Counted from the whole stretch's first letter, positions 48,200 through 61,292 are shown. The stretch: 63,893 nucleotides of DNA, filler included, from Hyphochytrium catenoides (GCA_900088475.1; 8 parts of 8 records of this genome joined end to end with filler, not necessarily neighbours in it), one strand, 5' to 3'. Program-made: numbers and translations. Notes: generated by a model from the letters alone, not told the origin.

Positions 48200-50010
48200 T
48201 AACTTTGGGGCAGCGAGTAGATAGGGAAGATGAAGAAGAGACGACAAGCCAGATGAAACAACACCTCCTCCTTATGACATTTGGAGAGGTTAGATATAAC
48301 AGGAGGGCGGGCGCCTGTCGTACCGGCATCATCGTGCAGCAGTGCGGAAACAAACCCGCAGGACAAGCACTACTCTTTGGTTCGTATGTACCGGTGCTGC
48401 TGCTGCCTAATCGTGCTAGTACTTGTCTCTCCTCGTCGTCGTCGTCTCGTATGCTTGGTTGTTGATGAAAGCCCAATGATTAGAAATCGGCCCAGTATAG
48501 CTCTTCAATTTTCGTTGAAAGCAGCAGCAGAAGAGCACTTCTTTGTTCTCGCGCACCGCCCCTGACGACAGTGGATTGACTGTCCAATGGAGAGGATGAG
48601 AAAAAGAAGGCATGCTGAGTCGAGAGAAAAAGAAGGCATGCTGAGTCCAAACTATGCATCGGTTATAGGAATGGGGAAGGCTCGTAAGTAGTAGGTTATG
48701 AATAGAAGTAAACTACACATTTTATTCATCGTTGCGATTTCGAAGAGCTTGAGGGTCAAGGTCTCCTTCTTTTTTGCCTTCTGTGCTTAGCAATTCACGT
48801 TCAACAACAAGAAGGCGAAGGGGCATTCTATGGCTCAAGTGGACAGCAGCAAGGGGCCAGGACTGCCAAGGAAGTGCTACTTCTTGACGGCTTCCAATCG
48901 CTGCACCAGACGAGCGTCAACATCAGGACATTCGTCCCATCTTCTTTTTGCTTCTCGTTCCGTCGCCATCATAACATCCATCGTCATCATGTATCATTAC
49001 CTTCTAGCCTGCGCACCTCCACTATTGCCTATCATCAGGCCATCATCATCTCGCACATCGTGCGCGGCGCTATCCTTGCGCGATAATACTCATCCTTGTT
49101 CTCGTTAGCATCTCTTATCATAAACCTGTGGTGGATGCATCATGACGATCGACACCTCATCATCCGAACCATACATCACGTATCTCGACGAGCATCGGCA
49201 GAACCCAACAGCAGCAATAGCAACGTCAAACCTGATGATGAAGAGTTGCAGCTCCACCACAAAGAGTCGACGTTCCCTCCATCCTTCTTCTCATGATGAG
49301 GTTGCTGCAACGCAACCTGTGCCTACAACCGTGTTTCTGTTGCTTGGAGAGAAGCAACAAGATCCTTTTTCCATTATGTTGGGCTGCAGGCACCTCCCTG
49401 TGAATCTTCTGCCTAGAGCCCTAGGGATCTGCCGGATGATGGTTGATGAGGCGTGTGGAGATAGATCAATGTGTTGCAGCGGACCTCCTTCGAGATGAAA
49501 CTTCTAAACTCTCGCTCAATGCAGCAAACCATCCTACCATTAGCATAAGAGCAGACAACCTTTGTCGCGCTTCTTTGAACACAAGAAGCATAAGGATCCT
49601 GCTGCTGAGTCTTTCCTCTGCAATGGCGTTCTTTGGCTCTGTTAAAGTATGAGACACAGCTTGGCAGTGGCCACTTGTCGCTGACCAGAAACCTTTTAAG
49701 CACAGCAACGAGGCCAGTTGTTGAGACTCCTTCTTCTTCTCACCACTTTAAAGCTTCTTATCTAACAACCTTGAAAGTAGAAGGGCCTCGATCGGAAGTC
49801 TGTCTGTCTCTCGTACCTAGTTCTACTTGTACTTTTTATAAAAAAACCTGGTGAAGCTTCAATGTGACCGCTCCGCTCTTGATGGTTCTCGGCATCCTTG
49901 GTCCTTGGTCTCGCTTAGCTATGGGCCTACGCCTTCATACGCGAGTGTCTTTGGCCATTCACGAAGAAAATGCTCTTCAAATCTTGAAGCGCGTTCCTCC
50001 TGAACAGCTG
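48200..50010 (+). mobile_element. Degenerate non-LTR retrotransposon remnant (CRE/SLACS-like RT + restriction-like endonuclease end)
   Basis: Fragments in the expected order across broken frames: MTFGEVRYNRRAG (cf. RPI..GE..RR), LLLDGFQ, IISHIVRG...SLFSLA (cf. GVxQGDPL...LFSLA), ITYLDE (cf. YLDD), LGILGP...RVSLAIHEENALQILKR (cf. R.S.A.QR.NA..I). Confidence 0.4.
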
Positions 50011-50061
50011 GACCCTTCTCTTGCTTGTCTCGCGACGGCTGAGCTCGACGGTGTTGACATG

Positions 50062-50110
50062 ATGGTTGCTGGTGATGACATGGTTGCTGATGATGACATG
50101 GTTGCTGATG
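50062..50110. repeat. 18-bp tandem repeat, ~2.7 copies (ATGGTTGCTGRTGATGAC)
   Basis: Directly visible in the sequence. Confidence 0.85.
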
Positions 50111-50314
50111 GTTCTTCACCTCCTCCTCCTCCTCCTTCTCCGCTCATCATCATTTCTGAGGAAATCATCAACTATGATTCTTCTTTTACTGATGATGAGC
50201 TGGGAGCAGGTTCGAGCTGAGATGAGGGAAGAGCCTAAGGGTTAGGGTTAGCCCTAAGGCCCACCTACAGAATGCGGCCCAGCGCCTCTTGAAGAAAGCA
50301 CAAGAGGCGGATGT

Positions 50315-50414
50315 NNNNNNNNNNNNNNNNNNNNNNNNNNNNNNNNNNNNNNNNNNNNTTAATTAATTAANNNNNNNNNNNNNNNNNNNNNNNNNNNNNN
50401 NNNNNNNNNNNNNN
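50315..50414. other. Artificial contig linker (44N-TTAATTAATTAA-44N)
   Basis: Same 100-nt cassette. Confidence 0.98.
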
Positions 50415-50804
50415 CTCTCTCTCTCTTTCTTTCTTTCTGTCTCTTTCTCTCTCTCTCTTTTCCCCGTCCCTTATGTGCTGCTTCTTGGCACTATGCCCCG
50501 TTTTCTCCGTCTCGTTGGTCCGTTGGTGCTGGGACAGCTCCACGTTCTGTTACACTGTCTTTTCTTGCCTTGTCTAATCTACTCTCATCTGTCTTTCCCT
50601 TGCACCTTAATTGCTCCCCTGGTGCGTTCGTTGATTACTTGCTCTGATGACGTGCGCGAGACTCTTTCACGTCTCTCTACCCACTATCATCTCATCAGAC
50701 ATCGCGGCCTGGATTTCTGGTCTCTCTCGGACTGTCTGGTTTCTTCCATCTGTGTCTTCCTCTTCTGTCCTCCACCATTTGTTAATGCTGTGGCACTGAA
50801 CTAG

Positions 50805-52903
50805 GTACTTTCCGTCTGATCAACCGGAGCGGTCGAGAAGAGAAAAAGGTCCAGGCCTCGGACTTAGGAGCCATCATCTCGGTTCGCTGGGCACTGGACG
50901 GCTCAGCATTAGCCACGGCTGGAGAGGATGGCACCATCAAAGTCTGGTCTAGACAGTGCAATCTCAGATCAACACTTGTTCAGACAGGTACCTTGCCCCT
51001 GCTTCCCCCTGCTTCCCTATCTTTTCACGGGTCGATCTTCTGATGCCTTTTGTCGCCTGTAGGTAACCCTGTGTATAGTCTGGTTTGGGGTGCAGACAAC
51101 GAGTCCATCCTCTATTCTAATGGCAAGGACTTGGCGATCAAGAGCCTCCAGGTGTGTAGGCGTACCAAAGAGACGGCCCGACAGAGATTGGAAAGAGTCA
51201 CGGAGGAGAGAGGGAGAGAAAAAGAGAGCGAGAGAGAGAAAGTGAGAGAGAGAAAAAAATATTAGCAAAGTCTGCTTTCATACTTCAGATAGATCAGGTC
51301 TGCTCATTAGGCTTGCAGCTGTCTCTTTGCAAGTTCTCCCTTGAACCATATCCGCACCTACCTTTCTCCTCTCTCTCGCCAATCTTGCCTACAAATCCCG
51401 CTGAACTTTGTCCACGATTCAGATTATCAAGCTCCATTTCTCTCTCTCTCTTTCTTTCTCTCTCTTAGCGCTTAGTCGTAACTGTTGTGGCCGCCTCCTT
51501 GTCTTTGTCTTGCCCCTTCAACGCCCTGATTGATGAGTTTTTTCCAATCCCCCGCGTAGGCAAACAAGAAGCAGCTTCAGTGGAAGGCCCACAATGGAGT
51601 GGTCCTGCAAGTGGACTGGAACATTGTGAATGGGCTCATCGTGTCCGCAGGAGAGGATCGCTGCTATAAAGTATGGGATAACTTTGGAAGGCAACTCTTC
51701 CAGAGCCAACCGCTCGAGCACACCATCACCTCCCTCGCCTGGTCACCTAATGGCGAGATGTTTGCCATTGGCAGGTAAAGAAGCAGGAGAGAGAGAGTGG
51801 GCAGCCTAGTCAAGGGCGGTATGGCAAGAGTTAGACTAATCTCATATCTTGCACGTTGTTCTCTCTCTTTCATCTCAGCTTTAACACTCTCCGCCTATGC
51901 GATAAAACGGGTTGGGCCTATTCAAGAGAGAGGACCAAGACAGGTTCACTGATGCGCCTGAGCTGGACCTCAGACGGCACGCAGGTTGCTGGTGCGGGTG
52001 GAGCTGGGACGGTGGTGTTTGGCCAGCTGGTCGAGCGGACCGTTGAGTGGAATAACTGGGTGGTAAGTTATAAATGCCAAGAGAGCGAGAGCGAGAGACT
52101 GAGAAGACGTCGACAAAGCACTAGGACAGAGACGACTTGCAAGAGAGGAAGGTATCGGACGTATCTACCTTCTGGGCGAGTAGAAGGAGGACAATGCTGT
52201 AAAAGGATTATTGTTTGGAAGAAGGAAAATAAGTTTATCACGACGCTGACAGACGGAGGGCTCCTTGTAGAGAGAGTAAAGGAGACCAACAGTCTAGCGC
52301 ACATGAGAAGAAGAGAGTGCAACGCAGGGGATGATGGGGAGGCTAGCTGACAGGCCCAACTTCGGACGACGATCTGGTGGTGGCTAAAGAAAAGATCTCG
52401 GGCAACTGTCAAGCGAAAGAAACTGACTTTTCTTTTGCTCCCTTCCCTTTCTGCTTATCCCTCTTGGTGTCGTCTCCTCAGGCAACTCTTATTGACCCTC
52501 ATAAAATCCGAGTGGAGGACGTAGTGAATGAGACGGCAGAGGAGCTAGAGTTTCCGCGAGACAGAGTGATTGACATGGCTCTTGGATATGCGCACTTCGT
52601 GGTCTGCTCCACCACCCAGGTAAGAGAGCAAACAGAGAAAAAGGAGGAGGAAGAGGAGTGGCGGCAATGTGCTAGCACTGAAACAGAGAAACTTTCGCAG
52701 TCTAACGCGCTCTTTTCCGTCTGACTCGAACTTTCCAGTGCTTTATCTATGCCCTGAACAACCTCAACACGCCTCACATCTTCGATATTCGCGCCACCGT
52801 GAATCTCATCATTTTGAGCGACAAGCACTTCCTTGTCTGTGACAACATTAACGGTGTACAGGTCAGTCAGGCCTAGAAGGACTGAGAGACGACTAACTAT
52901 AAT

Positions 52904-52934
<31 letters not shown>

Positions 52935-55577
52935 GAAGAGAAGGGCGGGGGGGAGGAAGAAATATGAGGAGTCATGAGCCACGGTGAAGCCCACACTGAT
53001 TTCTCCTGAAGGTTGCTTCAATAGCGCAGCGGGTCCTTTCTGCTTTACTTCCATTCTTGGGCATTTGTCTGTCTCTGAGTCTGACTGCAATGCGACTGTA
53101 GGTCTATAACTATGAAGGTAGGCCGCTTGGGAGCCCGAAGTTTCCTGGCCTGCGAGTGGAGTTTCTTAACCGGAATACTGTCTCACTGAGGTAAATGGAA
53201 GGTTATCTACATCACTATCTGGTTGCCTCAGTCCTTTCGTGCCTGACGCACTTGCTGTTCTGGGCAACTTCCTAGTGGCTGTTCCAGTCCGCATCTCTCT
53301 CTCTCTCTCCGTCTCTCTTTCGGGCTTCTCAATCTCTGTCACACTTCCTTTCGCTTCATACTGCGTTTATTCTCACGGCAGCTTTCCTGACTTCTTGACG
53401 TCCGTTTACTTGTCATCTACTTACGAGACTGCCTCTCTCAGCTGCACCTCATTCACTTAATCCTCTTGTCCAATCTCTCGCCGCTTTCCACGCTCACGGT
53501 CACTAATCTCTCCTTCTCCTGACAATATCAGTCCCGAGATCGTCGCCATCCTAGATCGCACAGACTCAAAGACCGTCAGACTCTTTGATGCCACCTCTGG
53601 CCGGCCCCTGAGTACCACCATCGCCCATCCTATGGAGATTGTACAGATTTCTCTCAGCCAGCTGCCCAGAGGAGAGAAGAAGCTCGCCTTTGTTGACAAG
53701 AATAAAGATCTCTTTCTCTCGCCTACAAATATCTGCAAGCCTCTCAAACTGCACTCACAGGTTGAGTCTATTGCCTGGAATGAGGAAAGCGATCAGCTCA
53801 TTGGTGTGGCGGATGGCAAGCTTGTCACATGGTAAAGAAGCAGCTTAAGCGCATCCTCGTGGGTCGCTTTCTGTCCGCATGCCTCTTCTCTCTGTCTACC
53901 TCGCACTAAGTGTCGTTCTGTCTCTCCGCCTTCTGCCCGCGATGGCTCGAAGAATTCACTGACCGCCGCCTTCTCTTATCCGTCTGCATTCTTGCATATC
54001 CTTCGTTTTGCATTGTGTGCAGGATGTATCCTTCCATCCTTTATGTGGACAAGGACCTTCTTCCCCTCACTACGGTCTCCAGAAGTGCCACAGAGCTAGG
54101 AAAGATGCCCCATATCGTCCATTTCTCCTCGTCCCGGGTGACAGTGAGGCGAGCCGACGGAGCTCTGTTGCATCAGAGCCTCTCGCCGTACCCGCTGCTT
54201 CTCTATGAGTTTGTAGGGTCCGGCCGCTGGGAAGAAGCAGTGCGGATCTGTCGCTATGTGAAGCAAGAAAGCCTCTGGGCCTGTCTGGCAGGTGAGAGAG
54301 AGGCACAGATGGGAGTAGAGTGATCAATTGCTTCTAGCTGACAAGGAAGACTTGACGTTCACCAATCATTACCGGACGTTAGTACGTCCTGCTACTTGGC
54401 CGCATTTTTCTTCGTTGACGCTTGCTTTTCTGTGGGACACAACGCTGACCCTTCTCGTTGTTTTCATACTACAACTCCCTTCCCTCCTTCTCTTGACGGT
54501 CACTTTCATGTCCTCTCTCGGCTAGGCATGGCCATCAACGGCCGTAACCTAGATACTGCGGAGATCGCCCTCGCGGCGATCAAGGAGACGGATAAACTCT
54601 ATTATATTCAGTACATAAAGGACATTCCCAGCGAGGAGGGAAAGAACGCGGAGCTATTGCTCTATAAGAGACAGATAGACGAGGTACGTTGTGTCCGTAC
54701 CTACTAGCAGATAGCTGTGTTGGAAGAGGGACATAGGAGAGAAGAGGACGACACTCCAGAGAGACAGACGAAGGAGAATTAGAAAGAGGGAAGGAGAAGA
54801 ATCTATGCTTCGCCGTTCAAGCACCTTGAGTTAGTTAATTGCACGGTTACGAGACCTTCTCCCCGATATGCTGGCATCACTCTGATGGACGTCACATACA
54901 GGCAGAACAGGTTCTTCTACAGAGCCAACCACCTCTGGTCTATCGCGCTATCAAGATGAATCTTCGCCTTTTCAGATGGAGCAGGTATCAATGCTTATAG
55001 CTCTTACCTTTTAACGTCCTGTATACCTGTAGAGAGCACACGCTAGGTCTCCAATGTTGCCCATGTCTTCCTTCCTCTGACTGCCAATGGGGTCTCCATC
55101 GCTACTATCTCTCTGTACGATTTGACTCTGACCTTGCTCCTCCGGTGTTGCTATTCAGAGCTTTGACATTGGCAATCAAGAACAAGACTCATGTTGACAC
55201 TGTCCTGGGATACAGACAACGCTTCTTAGAGGTATGGAATGGTGGTCTGTCTCTGCTCTGCCATGCCATTATCGACAGCAATCATAAAACTTGCATCTCC
55301 CTCTGACCATATTTTATAGCATGATGAGGCTCCTTTTGCCCTATTTGGACATGGTCTTTCGGGTCATCTTTCCAAGCATCTACCTCTCTTCCTCCCACCA
55401 GTCGGAGTTAACATGTTTCTGGTCTTTCTTCGTCTCTCCTAGGCTTACAAGAAGGAGGAAACAGATCCCCTATTCAAGGAGTACGCTGCGCAGGTGACAG
55501 TGGACTGGGAGGCCATCACAGCTAAGAAGCAACAGGAAAAAGATAATGAGAGAAACCGAGGGAGCCGACATAAGTAA
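50805..55577 (+). CDS. IFT80: Intraflagellar transport protein 80 (WD40), multi-exon, 5' truncated
   Basis: [109 protein letters not shown]. Stop at 55575-55577. Confidence 0.95.
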
Positions 55578-56075
55578 GTGGAGGCCAAGGCACAGTGAAG
55601 AGCGAGCCTTGGCTCAGAGACTGCTATACAAACACCTCTAGCCACGACGGAGGATGTGTGTGCCGTCCAGAAGAGCTCGTTTCTGGATGATCTGGTCTGT
55701 GAACGCTGCTAAGATCAGTGTTAACAACTATAATCGCATACTTTGGGTTTCAATGTCCATGGCTTGCAGACAAGCTTCAGTCCACTCCCTCATTTGCAAA
55801 CAGGTGTAGCAGCAATTCTGAACCCAATGAAATGCCAGAGATTAGCTTAGGAGAGACCAAGCCCTTTGTTGCCAATCTTCCTATACGTTGCTTATTATCG
55901 CCCCCACTAGCCTCTTTCCGTCTCTGTTCTGTGTACTGCCGAGTGTTAGAAGCAGCGACTCCCTCGGGCGCGGTAGTCAAAGTCTCTCCGCTAGCTCGGA
56001 CCAAGGAAGAAGTTAGAATGCTTCCTACAGCCTCGATAAATAAATAGTCAAGCCTATCCCCATTCATTATCTCTA

Positions 56076-57222
56076 TCACCACTTGCTCATCTCCTCTGTC
56101 CCCGCATCGTCACAACGCTCTAAGAACGCATCCAAGTGCTTCGTGCAAGCCCAATCTTTCACTATGAACTTCTTTTCTGCGGGCAGATAGCTGAGTCTGC
56201 AGACACAGGCGTTGGGTTTATAGACGGTCTGCTTACTCCCGCAAGGTAGGCCGTGTGCTATGAAGTAGAGATCGTTCAAGACTCCTCCATGTGTGAAGAG
56301 AAGAACGCGCTGACTGGGATGACGCTCGAGGATCTCAAACACCGCCTCAGAGATACGATTGAACTTCTGCATCGCACTAGCGAGAAAGGAGCATCAGGAG
56401 CTCTGAATGGTTGCTGCCAAGATGAGACAGCCGGAGAAACTGAGGCAGAAGGAGCGATATGTATAGAAAACCAAGAGGTAGCACATTGGGAGAGCGGAAC
56501 AAAGGTACCTCTCTCCGTCGGGGATGACATAGTTGGAGTCTCTTTGATACTGGTGCATAATGTCAGCAAATTTTGACTTTGCCTCTTTCCGGGTCCAGCC
56601 TTGCAGCACACCCAGATTGAACTCTCGCAACCTTTGATCCTGCTGAACGGGCAGCCCCAGTCGCGAGGCTACCGCCTTGGCGGTGTTTAGCGCCCGGGCA
56701 AGGTCGCTAAGAAGTGCCCGCACCGTAAGAAGGACGGAGCGAGGCAAGAGGGGTAAGACCAAGAAGGGCGCAAGAAGGGCGCAAAGTGACAAATGTTAAC
56801 GGCGGTAAGAGTTAGGACTAGGACGTTGAAAGCTATAAAGCAGAGGTAAGCGGAGATGCTAATCTACCTAGAGTAAATGACAGTGAAAGGATTCTTCGCG
56901 TGCTCCTTCTCTATGTGATCAGCGGTGAGTTCTGCCTGCCTGACGCCAAGCTCGTCCAGATCAATGTCAATATGCCCTTGCATCCGAGCGATGGTGTTCC
57001 ATGATGTCTGACCATGTCTGTGCAGGAGAGCAAGTTAGTTTAAGCAGAAAGGAGCTGTGCAAAGACAATGTTCCTCTGAGGAAAAGCATCACAGAGAAGA
57101 GCTGGAGCGCTTAATGACTCAGCCATGGGAGAAAAGGCGTTTGTGCGCTGACTAGAAGGAGGCATGGCACATATATATGTATACCTTACGGCCCAAAGCT
57201 CAGTCGCTGGACTGTCCTTCAT
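56076..57222 (-). CDS. Histidine phosphatase superfamily (phosphoglycerate mutase/GpmB-like) protein, 4 exons
   Basis: LWAVR|HGQTSWN...MQGHIDIDL, YS|SDLARALNTA, RLREFNLG, PDGE, LLFTHGG. Confidence 0.9.
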
Positions 57223-57441
57223 CTCTGATGGTAGAGCAAGCCTAGCGCCCGACGACCCAAGCACAAGTAACGCGTAAGTGAAAGGCAGAAAAATTTCTTG
57301 CGTTGGAGAGGGCCGCCTTCCTCTTGATGATGGCGCTTCGTGCCCTTCCGGTCTTTTAGAGCTTATGGCCGTGACCAAGGCCTGTGATGTGGATGTGAAA
57401 GCGATGGGAGTGCTCACGCTCAAGCGCTCTCTCTCTCTCTC

Positions 57442-57541
57442 NNNNNNNNNNNNNNNNNNNNNNNNNNNNNNNNNNNNNNNNNNNNTTAATTAATTAANNN
57501 NNNNNNNNNNNNNNNNNNNNNNNNNNNNNNNNNNNNNNNNN
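57442..57541. other. Artificial contig linker (44N-TTAATTAATTAA-44N)
   Basis: Same 100-nt cassette. Confidence 0.98.
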
Positions 57542-57970
57542 GGGGGAGGAGACAGAGGGAGCCCAGGCAGCGAGCGGCGCAAAGTGCGAGACAGACATAA
57601 GAAAGGAGAGAGAAAGAAAGATAGACGAGAGCATAGCGGTACGGAGAGGAAGCAAGTAGAAGAGAGAGCGGGAGGAGAAGATGAAGAAAGAGGGAAAGAA
57701 GGAAGGAGAAAGAGAAGGAAGAGAAGAGAGAACGAAGAGATATGCAGCAAAAGAGTCAAAGACAAAGAAAGGGGAAAACTGAAAGGAGAGTGAGGGGGAG
57801 AAAGAGGACAAGGAGATAACAGAACTCCAGAAACTGGGCAAGAAGCGAGCAAGATGATAAGGAAAGGACATAAAGAGAGAGACAAGCGGAAGTAGGCTTC
57901 CTGGAACACCCAGGCGAGACGGGGGCAGCGATTATGTATGCATTGGACGGGAATAGAGCAGGAGAGAGAA

Positions 57971-58003
<33 letters not shown>

Positions 58004-58053
58004 CAGAGCGATGGGGAAGAGCTGCAGTTGAGAGCAAGGAGAACTCCTGTTAC

Positions 58054-58191
58054 CATTCCTGTCTTCCCGTCTCCGACACACTTCAACAGCTCATAGTCGT
58101 CCTCGACAGAGCCTTTTATAACGACAGCGTCATCAGGACTCTGACGGCGTTTCTCCGTCTTGCCGCACCAGCAACAAAGGAGGGCGGCCAT
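58054..58191 (-). CDS. First exon of a CAMK/CDPK-like protein kinase (rest beyond contig end)
   Basis: MAALLCCWCG...VEDDYELLKCVGDGKTGM|(GTAAC donor): kinase subdomain I glycine loop. An alternative upstream ATG lies at 58230. Confidence 0.6.
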
Positions 58192-58714
58192 GCCTCTTCT
58201 CCCACCTTCTTCTCTCTCTTTGGAAGGCATTCAGCCGCTATCCAGAGGATCTTCACATGGCGGCGCTGCTGGTCCGCATGATGAGCGAGAGAGAAACAGC
58301 GGAAGAGAAAGAAAAAAGAGAGGATGCACGAGTAGAGTCGCTGTCTCTCTTATGTCCTCCTAACAGCTCCACCTTACCACCTCTCCACGCTGGAAACAAA
58401 AAGCAAGAGAAGCTAGGAGTTCAGTGCTGAAGATGGGAGCAGGCGGCCCTAAGGAAAGAGGGACAGCGAAAGGCAATCAGACGACAGACAGCGGCGGGGC
58501 CTTCCTCAGGGCGACTCTCGATCGGAGCGCCAGTCTGCAGCTCTTCAGACTGTCTGGGCCGAACGTGTCTATTGCATCTGCACATCTGCAGTCTCCCTTG
58601 CTCGACACTCGGCCATCTCCTATCTCTCTCTCTCTCTCTTCCTCTCTCTTTCTCTCCAACTCTCTCTCCCAAACTCTCTCTCTCTCCAAATCTCCAAAAC
58701 TAACTCTCTCGTTT

Positions 58715-58745
<31 letters not shown>

Positions 58746-59747
58746 TTCTCTCTCTACCCTTCTCTCTCNNNNNNNNNNNNNNNNNNNNNNNNNNNNTCTC
58801 TCTCTCACTCACTCTCTCTCACTCTCCTCTCCGACTAGCCTGATCTCGGCCGGCCGGGACGGAAGTGAAGGAAGGTCAGCAAAACTTGGACAACAGGACC
58901 CAAGAGGGCCACCATAGGAATATGACTCGTAAATATACCGAATAGTGCTAACCTAGTCTCACAAGAGACAGACCCTCTCTTGACTCTATCAGGAATTTGA
59001 ATGATAAGAACCAAAAGCGTCATGTCTTTCCTGCAAGCTCTAGCCGTTACCGGTCTTCCGCGGTCATACCTTCCCAGCAAAAAGAATACTGATAACTGAT
59101 AACGCCCAGCAAGTAAGAGCGATTTGGAATGAATTACCATCTAATTCGGAATAACCGCTGGAAGGGCCGTCCGGCTTGCACTCAGACTTTTTCTCTTCTG
59201 CTCTGTTGTCCGTCTGGGAGACCAAAGGAAGCTCTGGAAATCGTGATAAAAATCTGAATATCTGAAGCTTCGTCATCGGTTCTTGCGCCTCAATAGCACA
59301 GTCTTGGAGAAGAGATGAGGTCTAAGCGGTGAGAAGAGCAGAAGGAGACTAACATGGAAAGGGTTATAGGCTGTCATAGTAGGTGACAGAGCTTCGTTGC
59401 TGTACGCTCTCGGCACACTTCCCTCGGTAAGCTTCTGAGAAAACGAAACGTGACAAGGGGAGGATCCTTCTTCTTTGGCTGAATAGGCCTGAAGAGCTTC
59501 AGACACTCTTGGTTACCTAGTTAGGGCTTGAGTGCGCAGATCCGCTTCTTAGGTAAGTTTTACTTTTCCCTTACTGCACATTTGCTTTTTCTTTATGGGC
59601 AAGACAGAGGTTACCGGGGCCTTATAAGCACTTTAGTGCTGTGAGTGCGCTTGTGCTATGCTTTGCTTCCCACCCTAATCGAATACTGGTTCCTTAGGGT
59701 TCTTAGAGCTCAGTAAGAGTACCAGGACGACCAGTGCACTTGCTCTT

Positions 59748-59847
59748 NNNNNNNNNNNNNNNNNNNNNNNNNNNNNNNNNNNNNNNNNNNNTTAATTAAT
59801 TAANNNNNNNNNNNNNNNNNNNNNNNNNNNNNNNNNNNNNNNNNNNN
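59748..59847. other. Artificial contig linker (44N-TTAATTAATTAA-44N)
   Basis: Same 100-nt cassette. Confidence 0.98.
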
Positions 59848-61292
59848 TCCAAGGCCTTAATGCTAGGATAGTAGCTCTCGCCGTGAGAGTTTAAGCTCGA
59901 AGTGCCCTTCTCCTCTGCCGCGCGTGCAGTTAAACGCAGCCTCTCCGTCTCGAACTCCGAAATAGTTGCATGGTCTAGAGATGCTAACAGAGGTTCGAGA
60001 GCCTTTATACCTTGCAACACTTCGAGGAGAAGTTCGCTCAGCTGCAGCCAACGAAGGTGGAGGTTAGACAGGAACATGGTGGCAAGTTGACAATTGAGGG
60101 AGGACAGCGTTGATGCTAGCAAGAGACGTCTCTCAGCACAGAGAACGCAGGTGTCAAACGTCAGGTTTCAGAGTGAGTTCGGCCCATTCAGTAAACTATT
60201 GAAGAGAACCACGAGGACATCACAAGGCCCTTCGCCCTTACACTATGTCCGGCCTCTGTGATAGTGCCTCGTGTGTCTTGAAGAGAGAGAGCAGCCTGAA
60301 GTGGCGCCAAGTGCTCCTCTTGACAGTAGTTTACGTCCTAAAACCGTGCACATATTATCACGTTAGAAGTCTTTCAGAGAGCTGTACTAGGACCGTAGGG
60401 GTGAAAGCGAAGGACATTGGGCTGACGGAGCGAGCAACGGAGATATTGTCACCTGGAGTGCATTCCCGAACTCAAACTTTCTCCCGTTTTCCTGATCAGC
60501 TGCCAGCAGCATCTGACACAAGTCGAGGAGAGCCTCTGAGGACACCATCAGACGTTTATTGAGCATGCGGGCGTACTCATGCTCAATATCCCTAATGACC
60601 ATAGGCATAGCTCCGGGATAGGTAAGGGATCGAGCCAAAACAAAAATCGCGGTATAGCAGCCTGTGATCGAGAAAGAGAAAAAGCAACGTTTGATGAATT
60701 GCTGTTCAATCTCCATAGACAAGAAGAAGTAGTCATAGGGAACTCGCACCAGAGCGCTGGTTGTAAGCTTGGAGAGGAGATCAGAGTCGAAACACCAAGA
60801 CAAAAGTTGACGGATCGGTCAATCGAGGCAACAGTATAGGAACAAGATAAGGTAACGAGAGTTAATGCTAAGCCATGGTGACAGGAGCAAACGACCAGGT
60901 GGAAGTGGGGCAGTGAAGTATCTATAGGGCAAACCTAGGAGTATGAGGGCCAAGAGACCAGGCTGCGTGAGGACGCTAGCTAGCCAACGGAAGGTAACCC
61001 ATGTGGTGGCAAAGAGAGCTTGAAGCACAAGAACCACCATCGCAGTTAACTTTGGGTTCACGATGAGGATGCGAAAAGGGAGCCACAATTGCTCTGCTAG
61101 GTAGACGGGGTCTCCGGTTTGCTCCGTCTCTGGCCCTTTCCCTCTCTCGCAAGCCCCTGCCTGCGGCGCCATTTGGGCTTCTGGACTATCACCTCTCTGC
61201 TGGACCATGCATTCTTCTAGGGCTCGGGGACTTGTATCCTCCACAAGTGGCTGGAAAGCGGGCGCGGCCAAATTGACTCGCACATCAGCCAT
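59848..61292 (-). CDS. N-terminal part of a membrane-anchored protein (possibly an alpha/beta-hydrolase), 3' truncated
   Basis: MADVRVNLAA..., hydrophobic segments AMVVLVLQALFATTW and GLLALILLGL, then ARSLTYPG...DIEHEYARML. The hydrolase assignment is recollection only; no catalytic domain lies in the contig. Confidence 0.5.

Noticed and set aside
50805-55577. Non-canonical splice sites or an alternative genetic code
   Set aside because: The junctions traced were GT-AG, and the long single-exon genes translate cleanly with the standard code.
55718-56082. Two opposed ~100-aa ORFs between IFT80 and the histidine phosphatase
   Set aside because: Non-ATG starts and no motifs; probably convergent 3' UTRs.
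7969-59847. Seven identical TTAATTAATTAA motifs as a biological repeat
   Set aside because: Each is centred in exactly 44+44 N and provides stops in all six frames, so it is an artificial joiner. Gene neighbourhood across these points is not meaningful.
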